DNA of 64,000 nucleotides from positions 9,548,001-9,612,000 of the forward strand of contig NC_043017.1 of NCBI RefSeq assembly GCF_006345805.1, given 5' to 3'. The translations under genes were made by a program, and so were the position numbers. This DNA is from Octopus sinensis (taxonomy: Eukaryota). The notes beneath the pieces are model-generated. The model worked only from the letters and a program-made list of their open reading frames with translations. It made no database searches and was not told the origin of the DNA. This document shows, piece after piece, positions 52,790 through 64,000 of this stretch; positions within the stretch are counted from its first letter, which is position 1, and the number at the start of each line of letters is the position of its first letter.

Positions 52790-53425
52790 ATCAGCAGAAG
52801 ACCATGTTTGGAGAAGACCATGTTTGGAGATGTTAGTAGAAAGTTTCGAGATGATAGTAACGTTAATCATCAAAACAGTCTATCATGGACCAACAACTGG
52901 ATTATTACTTCCCACTTTGAAGGGTTTGCAGTCCAGGAACAGGAAATGTCAACCAAGTACCTGATGCACAAAAGGGACAGTGATGCAAGAAAAGCAGTAA
53001 AATGTGACAACCGATGCAGACCTTGTGGAATTAAAACTGAAGATATTACCCACATCATAAGCAGTTGTCTGAAAATGTTACCACAGTATTACCTACTAGA
53101 GATATGATGTTGTACCTAGGACACTGTATAAGGATATCTGTTGAAAGGATAACTCAAGGACAAAGAAATAAGAGCCCACAGTATGGTGGAAGCTATAGCC
53201 ATACATAATAAAAAAGGAGTGCTGGTGGAATGACCCAGTGAAAACCTCAATGAAATGTAAACACAATAGACCTGGACCTGATATAATGATTTGAGACAAA
53301 GAAAAGCGGTTGTGGAGACAGTGTACAGTTTTACCCTGTGGATGTTAACATAAAGCTGAAGATCAGTGAAAAAGAGAATACCTATGCTGAACTATTGAGA
53401 AACCTGTAGTTACTCTATCCAGACA
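52790..53425 (+). mobile_element. Decayed R4/Dong-clade (RLE) non-LTR retrotransposon C-terminal region
   Basis: FAVQEQEMSTKY...CRPCGIKTEDITHIISSC (CCHC zinc knuckle), then WWN.PV...HNRP..DI (restriction-like endonuclease), with stops and frameshifts. Confidence 0.8.
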
Positions 53426-54748
53426 TACATACATTCATACATACATAATACACACACACACACACACACAGATACACACATACACACATGCACTCGCGTG
53501 CGCATACATACAGCAGACAGACAGAAAACAGTTTATTGAAATGGGAACATCAACAGAAAAACAATATCAATAATAGTATTTGAACCATGATTCGTCAAAC
53601 AACAGATCAATTATCTAACTGTCCAGTCTGGTCAAGTTTATCCATTTAGTTCCACTCTAATTCACTGAAAAATCATCTTCATCCATCACTGCTTGTTATT
53701 AAATAATCTAACAGAGTGAAGAGTCAGACAACTGAGAAAGAGAGAGAGGGAGGGAGAGGGAAAGAGAGAGGGAGAGGCAGAGAGAGAAGGAGAGGCACAC
53801 AGAGAGAGGGGGAGGCAGAGGGAGGGAGAAATGGGAAGGTGAGCAGGAGGAGTGTAGGGAGATGAGGTGTCATAGATAAATCTAAAACAGAGCCAAAGAA
53901 CAGGGAAAGAGAGAGAGAGAGAGACTGTGAGAGAGGGTGTGGAGGGTGAAGAGAGGGAGAAGGTTGGAAGAGGAAGAAGAGAAGGGATCAAGATAGTAGA
54001 TGAGGAGGTGACGTTAAAAAGGGTAATGACCCCCTTCAATCATGAATGACCATGGAATTACACCTGGAAATTTCTCCTCCAAGGCACAAGTGCAGGCAAG
54101 GTTGTTTATGGAAGATCAGCAGTCACCCATGCATACCAGTCTTCCCTCTCCCTGCCACTGATGTTATCCAAGGGAAAGGCAAAGGGGCCGATACAGCTTG
54201 GCACCTGTGATGTCGCAACTCATTTCTACAGCTGAGTGAACAGGAGCAACGTGAAATAAAGTGTCTTGCCCAAGAGCACAGCACACAGTCTGGTCCTGGA
54301 ATCGAACTCACAACCTCATGATTGTGAGCCCTATGCTCTAACCACTGAGCCATAAGCCTTTACTTGAGAAGGGGACATAGATAGGAAATATAGAGCAGAG
54401 TGAAGGAACAGTGAAAGAGTGATGGAGAGAAAGAGAGGGGATGAGAAAGATACATAGAGAGAGGAAGCGAGGGAAAGACAGACAGACAGACATACATAGA
54501 CACAGACAGAAAGCAACTGAGAGAGGGGGAGAAGGGTGGTGTGAAACTTGGGAGATGAGAGAGAGAGAGAGAGACATAAGAAATCTATAGGGCAGAGTGA
54601 AGAAACAGTACAAAACAGAGAGGAAGAAATGAAAGGAGAGAGAGAGAGTGGGAGAATGAGCAGAAGAAGGGGTGGAGGGGGATAAGCAGAGTGATAAAGA
54701 GGACAAGGGAAGGGAAGCATGACAGGGAGAGATGAAAAGATGACATAG

Positions 54749-55705
54749 AAAAGCACAGAAGTATCAGTATCTGATGAAAATCACTCAGCAGGAAGAGAAA
54801 TTGTTAGATTAAGGATTTCTGCGTAATTGCACATCATCAGTAGCAGATATCCATTATCAACCATACACTTAATAAATATTTCATTAAAACATGCAACATT
54901 GCTGTATGTATTATAAACATCATGTTTATACACACACACACACACACACACGTACATATGTGAGTGCATGTGTGTATAAACATTGTTCTTATATATTCAA
55001 CATTAAATATTTTATTAAAATGGAGTCCAAGGAAGAGTAAAAAAATGGAGAGAGAAAGAGAAAAAATAGTAAGAGAGAGAGGGGGAAGGAGGAGGAGGAA
55101 GGGTAGGACGTAAGACGGAGATGAGAGGATGACACGGATATGAAATAATTTCAACAATAAATTAGAAAACAAAGAACGAAGATGACAAGGGTGGAAGCCA
55201 TTAAATGCTCGGTGATGTGTAAGATTTAGTTCAATCTTTATCACATTTCTTCATTGGTATTATTTATTTATGTTTGCCCATCACCAAAATATCTCGCTTG
55301 TTAATTTTATTTATTTATTGACTGATTTTATTATTGAACAAGTGCTGGGCAGGGGAAGCAGAAAAGAGGGAGAATTTTGTATTTTCTTTTTACTAAAATT
55401 ATTCAACAATGGTTTTTTTGATGTTTTATTTTATGTTTTAATAAAATATCAAACGTTAAATATATAATAACAATGTTTATATACACACGTATACATACTA
55501 CATACACACTCACACATATATGTGTATGTGTGTGTATGTATAAACATGATGTTTATTGTATGTTTTAATGAAATATTTATTAAGTGTGTGGTTGATAATG
55601 GATACCTGCTATTGATGATGTGCAATTACGCAGAAATCCTTAATCTAACAATTTCTCTTCTGCTGCTGAGCGATTTTCATCAGATACTGATATTTCTGTG
55701 CTTTT
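54749..55705. repeat. Long inverted repeat, arms ~54749-55020 and ~55436-55705
   Basis: Arm 2 is the reverse complement of arm 1 (e.g. gaagagaaattgttagattaaggatttctgcgtaattgcacatcatca). Confidence 0.9.
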
Positions 55706-56709
55706 TTAGCAATATACAGCTAGACAACTTTGCCTTTCATCCTTTCGGGGTTGATAAATTAAGTACCAGTTGTGTACTGGGGTTGATCTAATTGACTGGC
55801 CCCTTCCTCAAAAATTTTGGGCCTTGTGCCGAGAGCAGAAAAGAATATTTTAGCATGCTGGGCAAAATGCTTAGCGGTATTTGGTCTGCCGCTATGTTCT
55901 GATTTCAAATTCCGTTGAGGTCAACTTTGCCTTTCATCCTTTCGGGGTTGATTAAATAAGTACCAGTTACACACTGGAGTTGATGTAATCGACTTAATCC
56001 CTTTGTCTGTCCTTTTTTGCCCCCTCTATGTTTAACCCCTTGTGGACAATAAATAAATAAATATATATCTAGAACAGATGCTTTCTCAAGACAAATGCCA
56101 GAGTATTGTGGCTTTTTAACAGAATACCTGCATTTAGTAAGATGTACAGAATGCTATTCTGAACTAATACTACTTCCATTGCTAATAACAAATTTTCACC
56201 CAGCCCACCACATATCTGCAGCATCAGTGATTTGTTAATCACTGTTTTTCTTTATATCAGTTGAGGGGAAATTTGTTTAAGCAGGTAGTGATAAAGTATA
56301 GCTGCTACTTATGATGTGCAAATATGCAGAAATCCCAGACCTAGCAATTCCACCACTGCTGCTGGATGTTTTTCTTCTCTTATTGATATACTTCTGTACT
56401 TTCTAGCACTAGATGCTCTCTCAAGACAAATACCACAATATTGTGGCTTTCTTACACAGCATGTCCATGTTAAGCAAGGCATACAGAATGCTTTTCATTT
56501 GAAGGGGTTTATTATATATTTTATCATATATATGATGTTTGTGGTGAAGAAGCTTGCTCTGCAATTTCATAGCTTTGCATTCAGTCCCACTGTGTGGTAT
56601 CTTGGGCAAGTATCTTCTACTATAGCCCTGGGCTAACCAATACCTTGTGAGTGGGTTTGGTAGATGGAAACTATGTGGAAACCTGTCCTCTGTGTGTGTA
56701 TGTGTGTGT

Positions 56710-56762
<53 letters not shown>

Positions 56763-57299
56763 ATGTGTGTGTTTGATCTCCTAGCCCAAGTACTTGACAA
56801 CCAGTGTTGGTTTGTTTACTTAACAGTTCAGTAAAAGAGAATCGATAGAATAATTATCAGGCTATAAAAAATTAAGTATTCATTTGATTAAACCCTTCAA
56901 GGAGGTACCCTAGCATCGCTGCAATCCAATGACTGAATCACACAAAAGATATAAAAACAAAAAAGACATGTTTAATGAAATATATGACATTTTCTAAATA
57001 TCTATCAATGTTTGTCATATGTTTTAATCAAAACTACTTCCCACATCTGTTACCGAAGCGTTTCATAATAAATCTGGAATTTTATAAGGTGGGAAAATGG
57101 TAGAATTATTAGCACATCATAGAAAGTGCTTAGAGGTATTTCTCATGGCTTTACATTTTGAGTTCAAATTTTGCTGGAGCTGACTTTGCCTTTCGTCAAT
57201 TCAGGGCCAATAAAAAAGTATCAATTGACCACTGGGGTCAATGTAAATCAACTTGGCCCATTCCACAATGTGTAATGTTTGCACGCATGAGTGATGAAG

Positions 57300-57425
57300 C
57301 ATTAAAGAGCTGAGAGAAAAAGTGAATATAAAAGGAATCAGATGTAATGTGCAAGAGAGAAGACTGTGCTGGTATGGGCGTGTGATGTATATGGATGAGG
57401 TCAGTTGTATAAAGAAGTGCTGGGC
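57300..57425 (+). mobile_element. RTE-clade LINE ORF fragment
   Basis: ELREKVNIKGIRCNVQERRLCWYGRVMYMDE resembles the RTE RRLRW.GHV.RM motif. Confidence 0.7.
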
Positions 57426-58254
57426 CGCTAGCTTATGTGACGAGTGATTAAGGTGTGACACTCATAATTGCAAGATTGTGGTTTCAATTCCTGGACTGAG
57501 TGGTGCATTGTGATCTTGAGTAAAACTTCATTTCACATTACTCCAATTAAATCAACTGCAAATGAGTAACCCCTGGATGGGATGCCAGTCCCATCCAGGG
57601 GGAATAATGTTGTGATCTCTCCCTCACTCTCTCATCCTCTCATCCTTCCTCTTGTCTTCTCCCCCCCCATCACCTTCTCTCCTTTACAAGCAAACATGAA
57701 GCTGTCACCGCTACTTCTCTTCCATCACTCCCTGCCATTACAGTCTCTCCTCCATTACTTCCTCTAGCACTGTCTTTTCCAATACTACCTCCTCTCATCT
57801 CACAACATCTGTGAGACAAATGGCTATTGAAAGAAAACTGCATCATATAACAGCAAGTGGAGGCACAATGGCCCAGTGGTTAGGGCAGCGGACTCACGGT
57901 CGGAGGATCGCGGTTTCGATTCCCAGACCGGGCGTTGTGTGTGTTTATTGAGCGAAAACACCTAAAGCTCCACGAGGCTCCAGCAGTGGGGGGCGACCCC
58001 TGTTGTACTCTTTCGCTCCAAATTTCTCTCACTCTTTCTTCCTGTTTCTTGTCCTGACTTCCTACACAACCGCTGAGCCTGGTGAGCCTGATACACAACC
58101 ACTGAGCCTGATACACAACCGCTGAGCCTGATGCTCTCGGTGACGGGGATTGACCTGCTTTCTCTTCTGCGGGTCTTACAAATAGCAAAGGACATTTCGG
58201 ACTTCTCCCAGGACGAAGACCGCTTCGCTCAACAAACAAACAAACAAACAAAAC

Positions 58255-58380
58255 TCAACAGCAATAGGAGCTGCAGACTCTGTTTGATGGAGAAAAGAAT
58301 TATACGAAAGGATTTCCTCTACCCAGGGGACTACAGAAACTCAAGGTGAAATGCACTTCCCATGTCCTCATGACCAGAGA
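58255..58380 (+). mobile_element. Possible Penelope-like element GIY-YIG C-terminal fragment
   Basis: NSNRSCRLCLMEKRII resembles the C.LCL.EK..I motif of PLE endonuclease tails. Confidence 0.45.
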
Positions 58381-59424
58381 TATATTTTAGCCAACAGGTC
58401 AGGCCCATCTAAGGTTTGGCCCATGTCTCATTAGATAAAAGGAATTTATCTTCACCATACCCAACACTTCCATCACAAGGTCCAGCCCTTCTTGTCATGT
58501 GGTGGCTTGTATGCCTTAATTACCCTGAGAGCTATGCTAGTGGTGCATAGGCTCCTTGTGGGGCCTCCTATGCTGGACAGGTCAAAAGATAGCAGCCAAA
58601 CAAATATGGACCATCTCTTCCTAACAGTAAAAATGGATTTTCATAGGGCCAACACACCTACTGTGGAGGTGCATGGCTTAGTGGTTAGGGTATTGGACTC
58701 ACGATCGTAAGATTGTGGTTTCAATTCCTGGACTGGGCAACACATTGTGTTCTTGAGCAAGACACTTCATTTCAAGTTGCTCCAGTCCACTCAGCTGGTA
58801 AAAAGGAGTAATCCTGGTAACATGAATTAGCTGATATAAGATTAAACTTATAATACAAGTACGAGTGATTGTTTTATGCTGATTTATGAAAAGTAGTTGA
58901 CTTAGTGGACCAGTGTATAAACACACACACACACACACACACACATACATATAAATATATATGTACATACATATATAATATATACATGTTATAAATATTT
59001 ATATATATAGGCGCAGGAGTGGCTGTGTGGTAAGTAGCTTGTTTACCAACCACATGGTTCCAGGATCAGTCCCACTGTGTGGCATCTTGGGCAAGTGTCT
59101 TCTACTATAACTTCGGGCCGACCAAAGCCTTGTGAGTGGATTTGGTAGACGGAAACTGAAAGAAGCCCATCGTATATATGTATATATATATATTTGCTTG
59201 GGTGTGTTTGTGTGTCTGTGTTTGTCCCCCTAACATTGCTTGACAGCCGATGCTGGTGTGTTTATGTCCCCGTTACTTAGCAGTTTGGCAAAAGAGACCG
59301 ATAGAACAAGTACTGGGCTTACAAAAGAATAAGTCCCAGGGTCGAGTTGCTTGATTAAAGGCGGTGCTCCAGCATGGCCGTAGTCAAATGACTGAAACAA
59401 GTAAAAGAGTAAAGAGTAAAAGAG

Positions 59425-59487
<63 letters not shown>

Positions 59488-59799
59488 ATATATATTATAT
59501 ATATATATATTTGCTTGGGTGTGTTTGTGTGTCTGTGTTTGTCCCCCTAACATTGCTTGACAGCCGATGCTGGTGTGTTTATGTCCCCGTTACTTAGCAG
59601 TTTGGCAAAAGAGACCGATAGAACAAGTACTGGGCTTACAAAAGAATAAGTCCCAGGGTCGAGTTGCTTGATTAAAGGCGGTGCTCCAGCATGGCCGTAG
59701 TCAAATGACTGAAACAAGTAAAAGAGTAAAAGAGTATATATATATATATACACACATATATATATACACACATATATATATACACATATATATATACAC

Positions 59800-59911
<112 letters not shown>

Positions 59912-60305
59912 TTTATTTAAAGCAGCAGAAAATTCAACAAAACCTGTTACTCTGAGTTTCACGTTCATATTACTCTACCACTGGTATTTGAGTACTCTTT
60001 TTTCCACCTTATTTCACATTTATGTGTTTACTCTGGTATATATATATATATATATATATATAGATGTGTGTGTATTATTACTGTCAGAAAAAAATTAGTC
60101 AGGAGTGATGGAAGTACTTTTTCACTATTTATATATAAAAATATTAAAACCTCTTTTCGTTTTCCTAAAGAATGAGACGGAATGCTACTTAAATTCTTTT
60201 ACCTTGTTTCTTGTGTTGTTGTCTAACACTGGGAAGTCAATATTTGTCACTGTTTATATATATTTGTGTGTGTGTGCATGAATATATATATATATATATA
60301 CATAT

Positions 60306-60862
60306 ACAGGATGCGAGGGATAAATTGTTGCCATTTTCTGTTTTTAATTTCGTGCATGCACATTGTTTGTTTTCAATTTTGTTGACTACACAGTATAGTA
60401 GGGTCAGTTGGGCACTGTCTGTGAGAAAAACAGCACCTTGATGCAATTCACTCTGTCAGAAATTTGGAAACGACATGATGTATTGGTTGGCATTTGTCTC
60501 AGAAGCTCCAATACGAACATTTCAGAGTATTTGGGTGTCAACCTGAGGACAATGCAATCTGGGGACATGTACTGAGAGTGATAAAAATCAAACATCCTGT
60601 CAACATCATGCTCTTTAGAGTGATCACTAGTGATGGCGACACGTTATCCCTCCATTTTACTTCCCACATGCCCTGAGACTCAACATGGAGGCCTACATCA
60701 AGTGCTGGAGGAAGTAGTGCTTCCCGCTGGCTCAAGAGGGTGGCTGCTGGAAGACCCTGGTAACAGGATTTTGGTAACACAATATCACACAAGCAGAATA
60801 ACCCAGTCATAACTGTCAGACGATTTCTGCAACCATATCACCCCTAACATCTGGCCACCTAA
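60306..60862 (+). mobile_element. Decayed, internally deleted Tc1/mariner (maT/DD37D-like) transposon
   Basis: Frame-shifted KHPVNIMLFRVITSDG...EAYIKCLEEVVLP..KRVAAGRPW*QD...HTSRITQS*LSD.FCNHITPNIWPPN motifs. Confidence 0.8.
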
Positions 60863-61509
60863 TTTAATACATAATTGAAAGAGCTACAAACTGTTTCATG
60901 CTTTTATGATACTTGAATTGTGGGGCCGAACCCCAAACGTTGTGGTCACAAAGTGGGATTCTTAGCCACCCAGCCATACAAATATCAAGAGTAATTTTAA
61001 AAGGCTGTGATAATAACCAGGGCCTGAGATTTGGGGGAGGGGACTCATTGATTACATTGACCCCAGTATTCAACTGGTACTTACTTCATTAACCCTGAAA
61101 GGAGGAAAGGCAAAGTCAACCTTAGTGGAATTTGAACTCAGAACATTCAAAATGCTACTAATCATTTTGTCTGGCATGCTAACAACTCTGCCAGCGTTGA
61201 GTGTCATGATAATAATAATTAATTCTTTTATTGGCCAAAAGGGCTAATATAACTTAAAACATTAAAGGGCAACACATGACGATATACAAAGGGTTTTGCA
61301 AAAAATAAGACACCTGTGTAAACATTTGATAACAATAAAACAATATAACGAGTAAAAATTTTTTCAAATGAAGGAGTCACTTTAAGGGTTACTCATGGAA
61401 AAGCCCATAAAAGCTACGGGTGCCTGAAACATAAGGCAAGAGCCTTTCTCCTTTTATACCTTTCAGTTTTGAGTATTTTAAATAATTTGAATATTTAAAA
61501 GGGTCTTAC

Positions 61510-61836
61510 CATTCTTCTAGGAGTATCAGCAGAATTGATTTGGGGTCGATGTGGCCCACGGATACATTTTTCCTTATTTTCACAACTTTCTACCTGGCCC
61601 ACCTGTGATTGCAAGCAGGTATGATCTTGGTGTGGATTTACTGCCCTCACATGTGGGTCAGTCTTGCTGGTATTACAACTGGCAGCCCTTACTGGTCCCT
61701 CTTTCTTCTCTTTCTCTTTCTCTTTTGCTCTTTCTTTCTCCTTCTCTGTTGCGATTGTCTCATCCTGTTTCTGTCCCGAAAGGATTACCTGTAAAGGTTT
61801 TTGTTTCAGCTCCGTAATTCGCACAATGGATGCCAT
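61510..61836 (-). CDS. Probable first coding exon of the NSMF-like gene ([14 protein letters not shown]...TPRRM)
   Basis: ATG at 61836, 109 open codons of non-repeat sequence, donor ATG|gtaaga in phase 0, compatible with the acceptor at 46595. No recognisable homology, so the linkage is inferred. Confidence 0.5.
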
Positions 61837-62581
61837 GTCTACTTATCTTTGTGTGGGTGTGCGCATGTGTGTGTGTGTGTAAGTGTGTGTGTGAATGTGT
61901 GTGTATGTGTATGTATAAGTATGTGTGACAGTGTGTGTAAGTATATGTATGTGTGTGTGTGTATGTCAGAGTGTGTTTGTGAGTATGTATGTGTGTGTGT
62001 ATGTGTATTTATATGTATGTGTGAGTATGTCAGAGTGTGTTTGTATGTGTGCGTATTTATATGTATCGATGTGTGTGCGTCAGTGTATGTGTGTGTCAGT
62101 GTATGTATGTGAGTGTATGTCAGAGTGTGTTTGTGAGTATGTATGTGTGTGTGTGTGTATTTATATGTATCGATGTGTGTGTGTCAGTGTATGTGTGTGT
62201 GTTTTTTAGTATATGTGTCTCTATGTGTGTGTATGTATATGTATAAGTATGTGTGTCAGTGTGTGTAAGTATATGTATGTGTGTATGTCAGAGTGTGTTT
62301 GTGAGCATGCATATGTGCATGTGTGTATTTATATGTATCAATGTGTGTGTGTTTCTTAGTTTATGTATCTGTATGTGTGTGTGTGTGTATGTGTATGTAT
62401 AAATATGTGTCAGTGTGTGTAAGTATATGTATGTGTGTGTATGTCAGAGTGTATTTGTATGTGTGCGTATTTATATATATCGATGTGTGTGCGTCAGTGT
62501 ATGTGTGTCAGTGTGTGTGTGTGTCTGTAAGTATGTGTATGTAATTATGTGTGTGCGTGTATGTGTGCGTATGTGTGTGCA

Positions 62582-62619
<38 letters not shown>

Positions 62620-62996
62620 TGTATTGACTCAGTATCTGTCTGGCTGCGAGAGCCAGACTGTCTGTCAGTGCTTGTGTTCAGCTCTATGTATATATATATG
62701 TATGTGTGTGTATGTGTGTGTGTATGTATGTGTGTGTGTGTGTATGTGTGTGTGTATGTATGTGTGTGTGTGTGTATGTGTGTTAATGCATGTATGTCAA
62801 TACATGTGTGTATATGCATGTGCATGTGTATGTGTGTGTGTGTCAGTATATGTATTTGTGCATGTGTATGTTAATGTGTGCATGTATATATATATATATA
62901 TGAGTGTATATATATATATGAGTGTTTGTGTATATGTGTGTATTTGTATGTAAGTATATGTATATGTGCATGTATTTTTGTATTTATGTATATATA

Positions 62997-63029
<33 letters not shown>

Positions 63030-63122
63030 GAGTGTTTGTGTGTGTATATATATATGAGTGTTTGTGTATATGTGTGTATTTGTATGTATGTATATGTATG
63101 TGTGTGTATTTTTGTATCTATG

Positions 63123-63165
<43 letters not shown>

Positions 63166-63825
63166 ATGTATCTGTGTTTGTGTATATGTATACATATATG
63201 TGTGCGCGTGTGTGTATATGTATATGTATTTATGTGTATCTATGTGTATTTGTATGATATTACTGTTAACTGTTGTCCTTAGTATTTAGCCCTAGGTCAA
63301 CCCAAGACGAAAAGACCTATGATCAAAGGCATTCCAGCCACGACCAACCCATTTTTTTCCTGGAGACATAGTGTTACCAGCACAACATTATCCGATGGAT
63401 CCTTCCACTTTCCTTAAAGACAGGATGCAGTGTATGTAATTCAAAAGAGATCTTTGCTGCTATTTCTAGCACGTCGAGAAGAACACGCAGAGGGTCCTCA
63501 GCTGTTGCCTTGTATGTTTGTGTATCAGCTGCTTGATATGTGAGAGTTTATATATTGCTTGCATGTGTGTGTGTGTGTGTGTGTGTGTGTGGATGCGTGG
63601 GGTGTGTGAGATGAGAGCGTGGGTTGGGGTTTTGGGGGGGGGTGGGGGGTTATTTATCTGTCTGTTTATACGTTTCTCAGATTGGTTAATTTTCCGACTC
63701 GTGTCCGGGAAAGCGACGGGGACCAACCATGTGGATGAATAAAGGAAAGCGAGCAATGATAAACCATGTTTTAGACGATAAATGATGAGGATGGGAGGGA
63801 GGGAGGATGGGTGGAATGCAGAGAG

Positions 63826-63865
<40 letters not shown>

Positions 63866-64000
63866 AAGAGAGAGAGAGATGGAGGCGAAGAAGAAAGAAA
63901 GAAGGACAGTAATGTGTGCATCTTTATGCACAGGTGTGTGTTTGTGTATGAGTGTGTGTATATATGTGTGTGTGTGTGTGGATAGGAGGGGAGGGGGAAG

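Overview
Repeat-dense eukaryotic genomic DNA. The (AT)n/(ACAT)n/(ATT)n microsatellites and tRNA-derived SINE families suggest an octopus or other coleoid cephalopod (inference). Almost all ORFs in the supplied track are microsatellite or SINE artefacts. Two convergent spliced genes can be built by hand from GT-AG exons with consistent phases. (1) On +, a peptidyl-tRNA hydrolase (Pth/PTRH1)-family gene (exons 10208-10424, 10891-10990, 13527-13572, 15547-15747; first exon uncertain). It keeps the catalytic His and Asp but has lost all three conserved active-site asparagines, making it a candidate pseudo-enzyme. A degenerate tRNA-Asp sits 1.8 kb upstream of its first confident exon. (2) On -, an NSMF (Jacob/NELF)-like gene with at least 10 exons (46595 down to 30876, plus a probable first exon at 61510-61836). 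The rest holds several SINE families, decayed LINE, Penelope and DNA-transposon fragments, hammerhead-ribozyme-like motifs, a 7x104-bp SINE-head array, a tandem TTAA-MITE array and several fold-back hairpins or inverted repeats.
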